Positions 10,621 through 20,599 of a DNA stretch of 64,000 bases are shown here, piece after piece. The stretch is taken from positions 68,134 through 132,133 of the forward strand of contig CALVOP010000002.1 in the NCBI GenBank assembly GCA_944350345.1, read 5' to 3'. The DNA is from an uncultured Bacilli bacterium (GTDB taxonomy: Bacteria; Bacillota_I; Bacilli_A; RF39; UBA660). Position numbers and translations under genes: made by a program. Each line of letters opens with the position of its first letter. The first letter of the stretch is position 1. The notes under the pieces were generated by a model. That model worked only from the letters and a program-made list of their open reading frames with translations. It was not told where the DNA came from and did not search any database.

Positions 10621-10733
10621 ATTTTCACCATACTCATTATATCACATAAGTTTACATTTAAACGCACTTTTAAAACAATTATATTACAAATGTCAAATAA
10701 ATATGTTATTATTAATCTAAGAGGAATACGGAT

Positions 10734-11219
10734 ATGAATATAGAAAAAAATAATAACTCATCACTAAACATTAGCGAAAACATAGTTGCAATAATACCAT
10801 ATTTAGGAATAATACTAGCGTACTTTGAAGTTACAAGATGGTTTTGTTGGGTAATACCATTAATAATATTTTTTGCTGAGAAGAAAAGTGTTCTAGTAAA
10901 AAAACACTCCGTAATTGCATTTTTAATTTATGTTATACAACTAATATTATTTGGAATAATATATCTATTATTTTCAAGTAACGAAGTATGCGCATGGGGA
11001 AGTTGTCAAGAAATACCAAGATATTTGACAACAAATGGAAATAATATGATAATAACTATTTCAATTCTAATCAGTATATTCAATATATTTTCAATTTATA
11101 AAGCATACAAAGGAGAAACATTAGATATACCTGGATTAAACGAAGTATTAAATCAATTAACTGGAAATTTAAATACTTTAAAAGGAAGTGCAGTTGAAGA
11201 AAAAAGTCTAGAAAAATAA
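10734..11219 (+). CDS. hypothetical integral membrane protein
   Basis: 161 aa with several hydrophobic segments and no recognisable motif. Confidence 0.45.
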   Translation: MNIEKNNNSSLNISENIVAIIPYLGIILAYFEVTRWFCWVIPLIIFFAEKKSVLVKKHSVIAFLIYVIQLILFGIIYLLFSSNEVCAWGSCQEIPRYLTTNGNNMIITISILISIFNIFSIYKAYKGETLDIPGLNEVLNQLTGNLNTLKGSAVEEKSLEK

Positions 11220-11245
11220 AACTCTAGACTTTTTAAAATACTTTT

Positions 11246-11321
11246 TGGTGATTCCTCAGGGGCTCGAACCCTGGACCCACAGATTAAGAGTCTGTTGCTC
11301 TACCAACTGAGCTAAGGAACC
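11246..11321 (-). tRNA. tRNA-Lys (anticodon CTT)
   Basis: Minus-strand cloverleaf. Acceptor ggttcct/aggaatc, D-arm gctc-agttggta-gagc, anticodon stem acaga/tctgt with loop CT-CTT-AA, T-arm caggg-ttcgagc-ccctg, and an encoded CCA. Confidence 0.8.
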
Positions 11322-11411
11322 AAACTAATAGTTATTTTAACACAGATTTATAGATTAAACAAGTTGAAAGTAATATGAAATTTTGATAAAATTATCAAAG
11401 GAAGTGATTAA

Positions 11412-11651
11412 ATGAACGATACTACTGTTTTTAATAGCGAAGTTGTACTAAATGAACACACAAAAGAAACATTAAGAGAAATATGTGATGACTTAGAAGA
11501 AAGAGGTTACAATGCTATTAAACAAATAGTTGGATATCTAATAAGTGGGGATCCAGGATACATTTCTAGTTATAAAGAGTGCAGAAGTAAAATTCAAAAA
11601 TTAGATAGAAATAGTTTAATAGAATTAATGCTAAAAGAGTATATAAAATGA
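11412..11651 (+). CDS. IreB/YrzL family (UPF0297) protein
   Basis: 79 aa with a conserved GYNAIKQIVGYLISGDP core. It sits at the yrzL position ahead of ruvX. Confidence 0.6.
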   Translation: MNDTTVFNSEVVLNEHTKETLREICDDLEERGYNAIKQIVGYLISGDPGYISSYKECRSKIQKLDRNSLIELMLKEYIK

Positions 11652-12052
11652 GATATTTAGGAATAGATTATGGTTTACACATGGGGATAAGTATCAGCGA
11701 CGAAAAAAATACGTTCGCTTATCCTGTTTGCATTTTAAACAAAAAAGAAAATATAATAGAAGAACTAAAAAAAATAATAGATGAGTATAAAATAACCCAC
11801 ATTGTGATGGGAAATCCTTTAAATTTAAATGGAAGTTTAAGCGATAAAAGCCAGGAAGTATTAAATTTTGCGGAAATTTTAAAGAAAAATTTTGGCTGTG
11901 AAATAATACTTATAGACGAAAGACTAACAACTGTAGAGGCAAACAAGATGTTAGTAAATACCAAAGGAAAAAAGAGAAAAAAAGTAATAGATGCAGTAAG
12001 TGCAACAATTATTTTAGACTCATACTTAGATAAAATAAATAAAAGCAGTTAG
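11648..12052 (+). CDS. ruvX: putative pre-16S rRNA nuclease / Holliday-junction-resolvase-like YqgF/RuvX
   Basis: MRYLGIDYG N-terminus (RNase H-like YqgF family), 134 aa; synteny with yrrK. Confidence 0.75.
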   Translation: MRYLGIDYGLHMGISISDEKNTFAYPVCILNKKENIIEELKKIIDEYKITHIVMGNPLNLNGSLSDKSQEVLNFAEILKKNFGCEIILIDERLTTVEANKMLVNTKGKKRKKVIDAVSATIILDSYLDKINKSS

Positions 12053-12113
12053 TTATAATAAATATGGTAATGAGACTAGTAATATAAATAAATGAAAAAT
12101 ATGGGAGTAAATA

Positions 12114-12353
12114 ATGGAAAACAATACGATAACTTTAAAAAGTAAAAATGGTAAAAAGAAAACATATAGAGTTATTTTAGCTGCTCAATGCAGTGAAATT
12201 GGAAAAAATATAATAGTTTATACAGATGATATAGAAAAAAATGAAGAAAAAAAAGCATATGCAATAAAAATTGATATTGACGGCAAGTATACAAATGTAG
12301 ACAAGAAGGAATTTCAATTTTTAATGTGTATGTTAAACAATTTCCAAAAGTGA
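12114..12353 (+). CDS. DUF1292 family protein (YrzB-like)
   Basis: 79 aa; position between ruvX and mltG as in the Bacillus yrzB cluster. Confidence 0.5.
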   Translation: MENNTITLKSKNGKKKTYRVILAAQCSEIGKNIIVYTDDIEKNEEKKAYAIKIDIDGKYTNVDKKEFQFLMCMLNNFQK

Positions 12354-12363
12354 GGGGTATTGA

Positions 12364-13431
12364 ATGGTAAGAAGAAAATTAAATGTGAAAAGATTAGTAA
12401 TTTCATTAATTATGCTAATTATCATTTTCATATTATTCGTAATATCATTATTCTTTTTTATGTTAAGCCCAGTTGGGAAATCTAAAAGTGATATAGAGTA
12501 CACAATAGAAAGTGGAATGACACCTTATGAAGTATTTAAAGATTTAGAAGAAAAAAACATAATCCGTAGCGAATTATTTACAAAACTTTATGTGAAATTA
12601 TCTGGAAACAATGTTGAATTCAAAGCTGGAACATATACAATTAATGATTCAATGGGAAGTATAGAAATAATAAAAGTACTAAGTGGAACAAATTATAGGA
12701 GTGGTGAAGAAGTAAGTTTAACTTTCCCTGAAGGTTTTGAAATAATTGACTTCATAGAAATAGTATCAAGCAACACAAACATAACAGAAGATGAAATAAA
12801 AGAAAAGTTAAAAAATGAAGAATACACTAAAAGTTTAATAGAAAAATACTGGTTCATAACGGAGGATGTTTTAGATGAAGACGTATATTACAGTTTAGAA
12901 GGCTACTTATTTCCAAATACTTATTTTGTAAACCCTGATGGAACAATCGAAGACATAATAAACACAATGTTAAAAGAAACTGAAAGAGTCCTAAACAAAT
13001 ACAAAGAAGATATTGAAAAAAGCGAATATACTGTACATGAACTACTTACAATGGCAAGTATTATTGAAAAAGAAGCAACACTAGATGAAGATAGGCCACT
13101 AGTTGCAAGTGTATTTTATAATAGACTAGAAGCAAACATGAAGTTTGAAAGCTGTGCGACATTAGGATATGCAATAGGAGAATGGAAATTAACATATACA
13201 CAAGCGGATAAAGACACTGATTCACCATATAACACATACATGTATGCGGGTTTTCCACCAGGGCCAGGCAATAACCCAGGAGAAGAAAGTATAAAAGCAG
13301 CAATATATCCTGCAGAAAGTGATTACTATTATTTCATGGCTGATGTTTGTAGTGAAAATCCAAAAACATATTTTTCTAAAAATTATTCTGAACATGTTAG
13401 TTATGTAAACAAATACTTAACTTGCTTTTAA
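12364..13431 (+). CDS. mltG: endolytic murein transglycosylase MltG (YceG-like)
   Basis: N-terminal TM plus YceG-like domain; the conserved CATLGYA and PGPG motifs lie near the C-terminus. Confidence 0.8.
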   Translation: MVRRKLNVKRLVISLIMLIIIFILFVISLFFFMLSPVGKSKSDIEYTIESGMTPYEVFKDLEEKNIIRSELFTKLYVKLSGNNVEFKAGTYTINDSMGSIEIIKVLSGTNYRSGEEVSLTFPEGFEIIDFIEIVSSNTNITEDEIKEKLKNEEYTKSLIEKYWFITEDVLDEDVYYSLEGYLFPNTYFVNPDGTIEDIINTMLKETERVLNKYKEDIEKSEYTVHELLTMASIIEKEATLDEDRPLVASVFYNRLEANMKFESCATLGYAIGEWKLTYTQADKDTDSPYNTYMYAGFPPGPGNNPGEESIKAAIYPAESDYYYFMADVCSENPKTYFSKNYSEHVSYVNKYLTCF

Positions 13432-13440
13432 GGAGGAAAA

Positions 13441-14019
13441 ATGACAATAAATGAGTTAAAGAAAAATGCAATAGAAAACAACATACCGATTATGCAAGAT
13501 GGCGCAATAGAATATATAAAAAGAAGAATAAAACTATTCAACTTAAACAAAATATTAGAAATAGGCACGGCAGTAGGCTATAGTGCAGCACAAATGGCAA
13601 GTGTAAGTGATAAAGTACACGTTACAACAATAGAAAAAGATGCAGAAAGATTTATGATGGCTACAAAAAACATAAACGCATTAGAAATGCACGAACAAAT
13701 AGATTTAATATTTAACGATGCATTAACACTTGATATAGTTGAGAAATATAACCTAATAGTTATAGATGCCGCAAAAGGAAAAAACACACACTTTTTTGAA
13801 AAATATAAAAAGAATTTACTTAATAATGGTTTTATAATAATAGATAACATAAATTTTCATGGATTAGTTGGTAAAAGTGAGACAATTTCAAGTAAAAATT
13901 TAAGACAATTAGTAGAAAAGATAGAAGACTTTTTAGAATACTTAAAAACACAAGAAGGCGAATTTTACATAGAAATTGTTGATGAGGGAGACGGATTAGC
14001 TGTTTGTCAAAGGAAGTGA
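13441..14019 (+). CDS. class I SAM-dependent O-methyltransferase (YrrM/TrmR-like)
   Basis: Methyltransferase motif I (ILEIGTAVGYSA) and a VIDAAK motif; synteny downstream of mltG. Confidence 0.7.
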   Translation: MTINELKKNAIENNIPIMQDGAIEYIKRRIKLFNLNKILEIGTAVGYSAAQMASVSDKVHVTTIEKDAERFMMATKNINALEMHEQIDLIFNDALTLDIVEKYNLIVIDAAKGKNTHFFEKYKKNLLNNGFIIIDNINFHGLVGKSETISSKNLRQLVEKIEDFLEYLKTQEGEFYIEIVDEGDGLAVCQRK

Positions 14020-14023
14020 AATA

Positions 14024-14821
14024 ATGAAATATTTATTAATACCCAAAAGTAATTATGAAAATTACTTTTTTGATTTTTTTGGAATAATTTTACCATTAAA
14101 AAATTACTCAATTGGCTTTGATTACTATTTTAGCGTTGACGAGATAAATGAATTAGCAAAAAAGACAAATGTTTATGTAATAATTAACAAATTTTTACAT
14201 AGTAAAGAAATAAAAGAGATTAAAAAAGTCATAAATCAAATAAAGAACATAAAAGCATACTTTATAGAAGATATGGGTTTAACAAACATAATTTCAAAAG
14301 AACAAACAATCATATATCAAAACCACATATTAAATAACTATGAAAGCGTAAACTATCTAAACACATTAGGATACAAAAAATGTGTTATAAGTAACGAGTT
14401 AACAATAAATGAGTTAAAAGAAATAAAAGATAAAACTGAATCAGAACTATATTATTTTTTAATAAATAGAAACATGTTATTATATTCAAAAAGAAAACTA
14501 ATTACAAATTACATACTAAATTTCAACATAAAAGAAGAAACAAAAAAACTAAACATAAAAGAAAAAGTAAGCAATCATGAACTCATAATAAAAGAAGAAA
14601 ATGGCTCATCAGTCATATTTAATAAAAAAATATTTAGTGCTTCTTCATATCAAAAAGAGATAAATTATGACTATTTTATTATAAACATTAATAATATGAA
14701 AGATGAAGAAATAAAAGAAATATTGAAAAACTACAAAAGTGGAAATATAAATTTAGATACAGATAATTATTTTTTACTTAATGAAATAGGATACAAGGTG
14801 AAAAAAGATGAAAAAATGTGA
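14024..14821 (+). CDS. peptidase U32 family protein (YrrN-like)
   Basis: Position and weak U32-like N-terminal region; paired with the downstream U32 gene as in yrrN-yrrO. Confidence 0.5.
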   Translation: MKYLLIPKSNYENYFFDFFGIILPLKNYSIGFDYYFSVDEINELAKKTNVYVIINKFLHSKEIKEIKKVINQIKNIKAYFIEDMGLTNIISKEQTIIYQNHILNNYESVNYLNTLGYKKCVISNELTINELKEIKDKTESELYYFLINRNMLLYSKRKLITNYILNFNIKEETKKLNIKEKVSNHELIIKEENGSSVIFNKKIFSASSYQKEINYDYFIININNMKDEEIKEILKNYKSGNINLDTDNYFLLNEIGYKVKKDEKM

Positions 14822-15986
14822 GATATTAAGCCCGGCTGGAGACTTAGAAAGACTTAAATGGGCAATAAGATATGGAGCAGATGCTGTATACATAGGCGGA
14901 TATGACTACAGTTTAAGAGCAAATGCAAATAATTTTAGTTTAAGTGATATAAAAGAAGCAATTTCTTTTGCACATTCATATAATAAAAAAGTGTATATAA
15001 CAGTAAACATGTTATTTCACAACGAAGATTTAAAAAATTTAGATGACTACTTAAAAGAGTTAGATAATATAGGAGTAGATGCATTTATAGTAAGTGACTA
15101 TGCAGTTATAAAAAGAATTAAAGAATTAAAGTTAAAACCCGAAATACATATTTCAACACAAGAAAGTTCTACAAATGTAGAAACAGTAAAATTTTGGAAA
15201 AATCTAGGGGCAACAAGAGTAGTATTAGCAAGAGAATGTAGCAGAGAAGACATAATAGATATAAAGAAAAATTGCAATATAGAACTAGAAATATTTATAC
15301 ATGGAGCGATGTGTACAAGTTACAGTGGAAGATGTGTACTATCAAACTATGTCACATTAAGAGACTCAAATCGAGGGGGATGTAGTCAAGTATGTAGATT
15401 TAGTTTTGATGCAGGATATAACAATGAATTTTCAATATGTAGTAAAGACTTAAACATGTCTGATTATATACCAGATATGGTTAACATAGGGATAGACTCA
15501 TTTAAGATTGAAGGAAGAATGAGAAGCGTATACTACATAGCTACAGTTGTAAATGCATATAAAATGATAGTAAAACATACACTAGATAATACACTAACTG
15601 AAGAAATACTAAACTATTATAAAAAAGTATTAAATAGATGCGCTAATAGAGAAAGTGCTGTTCATTTTTACGATAAAACGCCGGGAGTAAATGAACAATA
15701 CTTTACAGGAAGAGAAGAAGTAAGTAATCAAGACTTTTTAGCGTATATAAAAGACTATAATGAAGATACTAATATAATGACTATTGAACAAAGAAACAAT
15801 TTCAAAGTTGGTGATGAAGTAGAGGTGTTTGGCCCAAATACAGAAGTATTTAGTTTTGTAGTAGAAGAAATAATAAATGAAGAAGGCGAAAGTGTAGAAT
15901 CAGCAAAACATCCACAAGAAACATTATTTATTAAAACACCGAAAAAAGTACAAAGGTTTGATATTATGAGGATTAAATTATCTTGA
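14808..15986 (+). CDS. peptidase U32 family protein (YrrO/RlhA-like)
   Basis: N-terminal EILSPAGD...AVYIGG U32 signature and the conserved E..H.AMCTSYSGRC region. Confidence 0.75.
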   Translation: MKKCEILSPAGDLERLKWAIRYGADAVYIGGYDYSLRANANNFSLSDIKEAISFAHSYNKKVYITVNMLFHNEDLKNLDDYLKELDNIGVDAFIVSDYAVIKRIKELKLKPEIHISTQESSTNVETVKFWKNLGATRVVLARECSREDIIDIKKNCNIELEIFIHGAMCTSYSGRCVLSNYVTLRDSNRGGCSQVCRFSFDAGYNNEFSICSKDLNMSDYIPDMVNIGIDSFKIEGRMRSVYYIATVVNAYKMIVKHTLDNTLTEEILNYYKKVLNRCANRESAVHFYDKTPGVNEQYFTGREEVSNQDFLAYIKDYNEDTNIMTIEQRNNFKVGDEVEVFGPNTEVFSFVVEEIINEEGESVESAKHPQETLFIKTPKKVQRFDIMRIKLS

Positions 15987-16040
15987 CTTTCATATTAAAA
16001 AGTAGTATCATTATGACTCAGTGAGGAAGGGATTGAAGAC

Positions 16041-16514
16041 ATGAAAAAGAAAGAAATATTCTTAACAAGCCAAGGATATTTAGATTTAGAGAATGAATTA
16101 AATTATTTAAAAATAGATAAAAGACAAGAAGTTATGCAAACTTTGAAAGATGCTCGTGCTTTAGGGGATTTATCTGAAAATTCAGAGTATGATCAAGCTC
16201 GTAGCGATCAAGAAGCCTTAGAGGCAAGAATAAGAGAACTAGAATACACATTAGAAAATGCAACAATAATCAACGAAGAAAATATTGATAAAAATGTTGT
16301 AAATGTCGGTAGTACAGTTCAATTGCAATATGATGGAGAAAATGACGTTGAAGAATATAAAATAGTGGGAAGTCAAGAAGCAGATCCATTTAATAACAAA
16401 ATATCTAATGAAAGTCCTATTGCAGCTGCAATATTAAATCAAAAAGTAGGGAGCACTGTGGAAGTTTCATCTCCTGATGGCATTTATAAAGTGAAGATAG
16501 TTAAAGTTGCATAA
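16041..16514 (+). CDS. greA: transcription elongation factor GreA
   Basis: 157 aa; the N-terminal coiled coil carries the conserved DLSENSEYD acidic-tip motif, followed by a C-terminal FKBP-like domain. Confidence 0.85.
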   Translation: MKKKEIFLTSQGYLDLENELNYLKIDKRQEVMQTLKDARALGDLSENSEYDQARSDQEALEARIRELEYTLENATIINEENIDKNVVNVGSTVQLQYDGENDVEEYKIVGSQEADPFNNKISNESPIAAAILNQKVGSTVEVSSPDGIYKVKIVKVA

Positions 16515-16537
16515 ACTACCTTAGGGTAGTTTTTTTA
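16515..16537 (+). terminator. rho-independent terminator after greA
   Basis: ACTACC-ttag-GGTAGT hairpin followed by TTTTTT. Confidence 0.6.
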
Positions 16538-16622
16538 TTCAAATTTAAATGACTTTTTATTTAGAACACTTTTTATTTCTATTTTTATATGATAAAATAT
16601 AAAAAGAATAGAAGGGATGTAA

Positions 16623-17522
16623 ATGAAAGTATTATGTATTGGGCATTCAAGCTATGACATTACGTTACCTGTTAGCGAATATCCAAAAGAAAACACAAAA
16701 TACAGAGTTGACAAAAAATATGAATGTGGAGGTGGCCCAGCAGGAAACGCTGCCTATCTTTTAGGAAAATGGGGAGTAACCACATATTATCAAGGAATGG
16801 TTGGAAAAGATACATTCGGAGAAAAAATATTAGAAGAATACAAAAATGTAAATGTAGATACAAGTTTAGTAGAAGTTAGTGGAGAAGAAGATACAACGAT
16901 AAGTTTTATATTAGTAAATGAAAAAAATGGTAGTAGAACATTATTCAATTATGCAAAAAAAAGACCTGAATTAAAACCAGTTGAATATAACATCGAACCT
17001 GATATAATACATGTCGACGGACACTTTTATGAAGCAAGCAAAAAAGCGTTTGAAAAGTTTCCTAATGCAATTAAAGTAATAGATGCAGGAAGAATAACAG
17101 ACGAATTACTTGAATTATGTAAAATGGTTGACTACTTAATATGTTCAAAAGGTTTTGCTGAAACAGTTGCTAAAGAAAGATTTAATTATAATGATAATAA
17201 CAGTTTAAAAAGCATTTTTGAAACATTAGAAAACAAATTCAAATGCAATATAGTAGTAACTTTAGAAGAAAAAGGATGTTTATACAAAATAGACGGAAAA
17301 ATAAAAGTAATGACAGGTCTCAAAGTAGAAGCAAAAGACACTACTGGAGCTGGAGACATATTTCATGGAGCATTTATATACGGATTAAGCAAACAACTAC
17401 CATTAGAAAAATGCTTAAAAATAGCTAATATAACGGCTGGTTTATCAGTTAAAAAGATAGGCTCTAGATTAAGCATACCGAATGTGGAAGAAGTGTACAA
17501 AGTATATGACAAAAATAGATGA
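16623..17522 (+). CDS. PfkB family carbohydrate kinase (ribokinase-like)
   Basis: N-terminal GG motif (CGGGPAGNAA) and the C-terminal DTTGAGD anion-hole motif. Confidence 0.7.
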   Translation: MKVLCIGHSSYDITLPVSEYPKENTKYRVDKKYECGGGPAGNAAYLLGKWGVTTYYQGMVGKDTFGEKILEEYKNVNVDTSLVEVSGEEDTTISFILVNEKNGSRTLFNYAKKRPELKPVEYNIEPDIIHVDGHFYEASKKAFEKFPNAIKVIDAGRITDELLELCKMVDYLICSKGFAETVAKERFNYNDNNSLKSIFETLENKFKCNIVVTLEEKGCLYKIDGKIKVMTGLKVEAKDTTGAGDIFHGAFIYGLSKQLPLEKCLKIANITAGLSVKKIGSRLSIPNVEEVYKVYDKNR

Positions 17523-17772
17523 TCCATTTATAAAAATATTACCACAAATAGATTTACATGGAGAAGACTCGATGACTTCTCTTGTTTTAGTTAACGAATT
17601 TATTAACGATAATATCAAATTAAAAAACAAAAAAATAGTATTAATTCATGGAAAAGGCACGGGAATACTAAAAAAAGTAATACATGAGTATTTAAAAAAT
17701 GACAAAAGAGTGTTAGAATATAAAATTGACAACTTAAATGACGGGATTACTATAGTTACATTAAGGGGGTAA
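17506..17772 (+). CDS. Smr domain protein
   Basis: The LHGE...IHGKGTGIL pattern fits a Smr domain. Start moved to the ATG at 17506, which overlaps the kinase gene end by 17 nt. Confidence 0.5.
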   Translation: MTKIDDPFIKILPQIDLHGEDSMTSLVLVNEFINDNIKLKNKKIVLIHGKGTGILKKVIHEYLKNDKRVLEYKIDNLNDGITIVTLRG

Positions 17773-17774
17773 GA

Positions 17775-18476
17775 ATGCAACAATATTTTGCTGTAGATAA
17801 AAAATATGACGAATTAATACTAAATAAAACTGATGAAAATCACATAAAAAATGTAATGAGATTTAAACCAAAAGATGAAGTGTTAGTTGTTTATAACAAT
17901 ACGATGTATAACTGTGAATTTACTGATAATTTATTAATTACAAAAATAAAAAATATAATTAAAGAAAAAAATAACAGCAGAAAAATAACGGCATATATTC
18001 CAATACTACAAGAAGAAAAAATGAGTTTCATAATAGAAAAAGGAACAGAAATGGGAGTAACCGATTTTATTCCAGTACAATTTCTAAGATGTAAATACAA
18101 ATTAAAAAGTGAAATGGAAGATAAAAAAATAACTAGATGGTCAAGAATAGCAAAAGAAGCCGCAGAACAAAGTAGACAACTACAAATACCAATCGTTCAC
18201 AAAGTACAAGCAGTTGACACGATAGAGTTGTTAAGTAATGTAAATATTTTGTGTTCACTTGACAAAAACAATGTAAAGCCAATAAAACAAACATTAAATA
18301 CAGATAATGTATATGATACAATAAATTTGTTATTCGGACCAGAAGGTGGAATAACTGAAGAAGAAGAAAATAAATTAGTTGAAAAAGGATTTGTAAAAAC
18401 AAGTTTAGGAAGTATGGTTTTAAGAACTGAAACCGTAATAATTTATTTAATGTCCATTATCAATTATTTAAGTTAG
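17775..18476 (+). CDS. rsmE: 16S rRNA (uracil1498-N3)-methyltransferase RsmE
   Basis: About 233 aa; C-terminal LLFGPEGGITEEE SPOUT motif; synteny with yqeU next to mtaB. Confidence 0.75.
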   Translation: MQQYFAVDKKYDELILNKTDENHIKNVMRFKPKDEVLVVYNNTMYNCEFTDNLLITKIKNIIKEKNNSRKITAYIPILQEEKMSFIIEKGTEMGVTDFIPVQFLRCKYKLKSEMEDKKITRWSRIAKEAAEQSRQLQIPIVHKVQAVDTIELLSNVNILCSLDKNNVKPIKQTLNTDNVYDTINLLFGPEGGITEEEENKLVEKGFVKTSLGSMVLRTETVIIYLMSIINYLS

Positions 18477-18488
18477 TGAGGTAATAAA

Positions 18489-19172
18489 ATGAGTAATTGG
18501 AATGATTTTGTTGAAATAGTTTTACACGGAGAATACTTTATCATTTTTATAGCAGTATTAATGATAATAATCGCTTCAATAATAATATACTTAATTAAAT
18601 TACAAATAACGAGTTCATTTAATGAATATGAAGAAGAACAAGAAGAGATAAAAGAAGTTAAAGAAAAAAAAGAAATAGAAAAGCCAATTTTAGTACAATC
18701 ACAATTTAACTTTAACAATGAAGAACTTGATAATAATGAATTTGTTGTATCAGACGACGTTTTAGAAAAAACTCAGGAACTTAAAGAAATTGTAGATGAC
18801 TTAAGTAAAGTAAAAGACAAAGAATACGAACATATAGAAGAATATGAGAAAGAACAAGAAGAAAAAGCCATAATAAGTTATGATGAATTATCGAAGAGGA
18901 AAAGTGATATAGAGACTGGGAAAATAGTATTAGATGATGAAATAACAAAAAATTATGAAGAAGAGCAAGAAGAAAAGGCAATAATAAGCTATGAAGAATT
19001 ACTAGAAAAAGCAAGCGGAACAGTTCTTGCATCAAAAGATGAAAGCATTCCGGGAATAAAAATAACTAGAGTATCTCCAGTAAATAAAGGAGAAAGTTCA
19101 GAAATAACAAGACCATACTATAAAGAAGAAGAATTTTTAAGAATATTGAAAGAATTTCGGGCAAATTTATGA
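18489..19172 (+). CDS. hypothetical Glu/Lys-rich membrane-anchored protein with internal repeat
   Basis: N-terminal TM segment; acidic region with a duplicated EEEQEEKAIISY[D/E]EL unit. Confidence 0.5.
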   Translation: MSNWNDFVEIVLHGEYFIIFIAVLMIIIASIIIYLIKLQITSSFNEYEEEQEEIKEVKEKKEIEKPILVQSQFNFNNEELDNNEFVVSDDVLEKTQELKEIVDDLSKVKDKEYEHIEEYEKEQEEKAIISYDELSKRKSDIETGKIVLDDEITKNYEEEQEEKAIISYEELLEKASGTVLASKDESIPGIKITRVSPVNKGESSEITRPYYKEEEFLRILKEFRANL

Positions 19173-20458
19173 GATACTATATTTATACATTAGGATGCAA
19201 AGTTAATAACTATGAAAGCGAATATATAAAAAGTCTTTTAGATAAAGAAGGCTTTATTTTTAATGAGGAAAAACCTGACATAATTATAATAAATACATGC
19301 ACTGTAACAAATACAAGCGATAAAAAAAGCAAAAAAATGATAAAAAGATATAGAAGACTTTTTCCAAATGCAATTATTGTTGTGATGGGTTGTTACGTAC
19401 AATACGTAAATGGAATCGTAGAATACGCTGATATTATAATTGGAAACAAAGATAAAAGTAAAATAATAAATTATATTAAAGAGTACATTAAAAATAGACA
19501 AAAAATAATAAAAATATACGACATGAACAACGTCGAGTTTGAAGATATGGAAATAAAAAAATACACTTCACACACACGAGCATTTGTAAAAATAGAAGAC
19601 GGGTGTAATAACTTTTGTTCATATTGCATAATTCCATACGTAAGAGGAAGAGTGAGAAGCAAAGATTTTGACAAAATAATAGAAGAAGTAAATTACTTAG
19701 TAGATAATGGACATAAAGAAATAGTATTAACCGGAATACATACAGGACAATATAACTGTAATGGAAAAACACTATATGATTTATTAAAAGAACTTGTAAA
19801 AATAAAAAAATTAGAAAGAATAAGAATATCTTCAATAGAAGTAGTAGAAATAAACGATGATATAATAGATTTAATAAAAAAAGAAAGTAAACTTGTAAGT
19901 CACTTACACATACCACTACAAAGTGGAAGTGATAAAGTTCTAAAACTAATGAATAGGAGATATGATAAAAAATATTTTAAAGAAAAAATAGAAAAAATAC
20001 GCGATGCACGAAAAGACATTTCAATTACAACAGATTTAATAGTTGGATTTAACGGAGAAAGTGAAAAAGAATTTATAGAAAGCTATGAATTTTGCAAAGA
20101 AATAGGTTTTTCAAAAATACATGTATTTCCATATTCAAAAAGAGATGGAACAAAAGCATGTGAACTTAATGAAGAAATTGATGAAAAAACAAAAAAAATA
20201 AGAGTTGATAAATTTTTGACTCTTTCTAATGTATTAGAAAATGAATATAAAGAAAAATTTATAGGAAAAACATTAAAAGTATTAGTGGAAGAAGCAAAAA
20301 ACAATTATTCGTATGGTTATACAACCAACTATATAAGAGTTATACTAAAAGGAAATTATGTACCTAATAATATGTATGAAATTAAGTTAAGTGAAAAAAA
20401 TATTATTATGTCAGTAGCTTTTGAAAATACCTTAAAAAAAATTAAATATAAGAGTTAA
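19169..20458 (+). CDS. mtaB: radical SAM methylthiotransferase MtaB (YqeV-like)
   Basis: MTTase N-terminal domain (YIYTLGCKVNNYESE), a radical SAM CNNFCSYC cluster and a C-terminal TRAM-like region. Confidence 0.75.
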   Translation: MRYYIYTLGCKVNNYESEYIKSLLDKEGFIFNEEKPDIIIINTCTVTNTSDKKSKKMIKRYRRLFPNAIIVVMGCYVQYVNGIVEYADIIIGNKDKSKIINYIKEYIKNRQKIIKIYDMNNVEFEDMEIKKYTSHTRAFVKIEDGCNNFCSYCIIPYVRGRVRSKDFDKIIEEVNYLVDNGHKEIVLTGIHTGQYNCNGKTLYDLLKELVKIKKLERIRISSIEVVEINDDIIDLIKKESKLVSHLHIPLQSGSDKVLKLMNRRYDKKYFKEKIEKIRDARKDISITTDLIVGFNGESEKEFIESYEFCKEIGFSKIHVFPYSKRDGTKACELNEEIDEKTKKIRVDKFLTLSNVLENEYKEKFIGKTLKVLVEEAKNNYSYGYTTNYIRVILKGNYVPNNMYEIKLSEKNIIMSVAFENTLKKIKYKS

Positions 20459-20487
20459 GCATATACTTGATTAGTATGTGCTTTTTC
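20459..20487 (+). terminator. rho-independent terminator after mtaB
   Basis: GCATATAC-ttgatta-GTATGTGC hairpin followed by TTTTTC. Confidence 0.5.
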
Positions 20488-20599
20488 AATTTGTTTTTAA
20501 AAAAAGCAGCTTTCTAAGGGTGCGATATGGAAAGTATAAAAACATTTGTTTCTTTAAAAATTTTAGTTATAATTTGATCTAATTCAAGTGATATTTTTT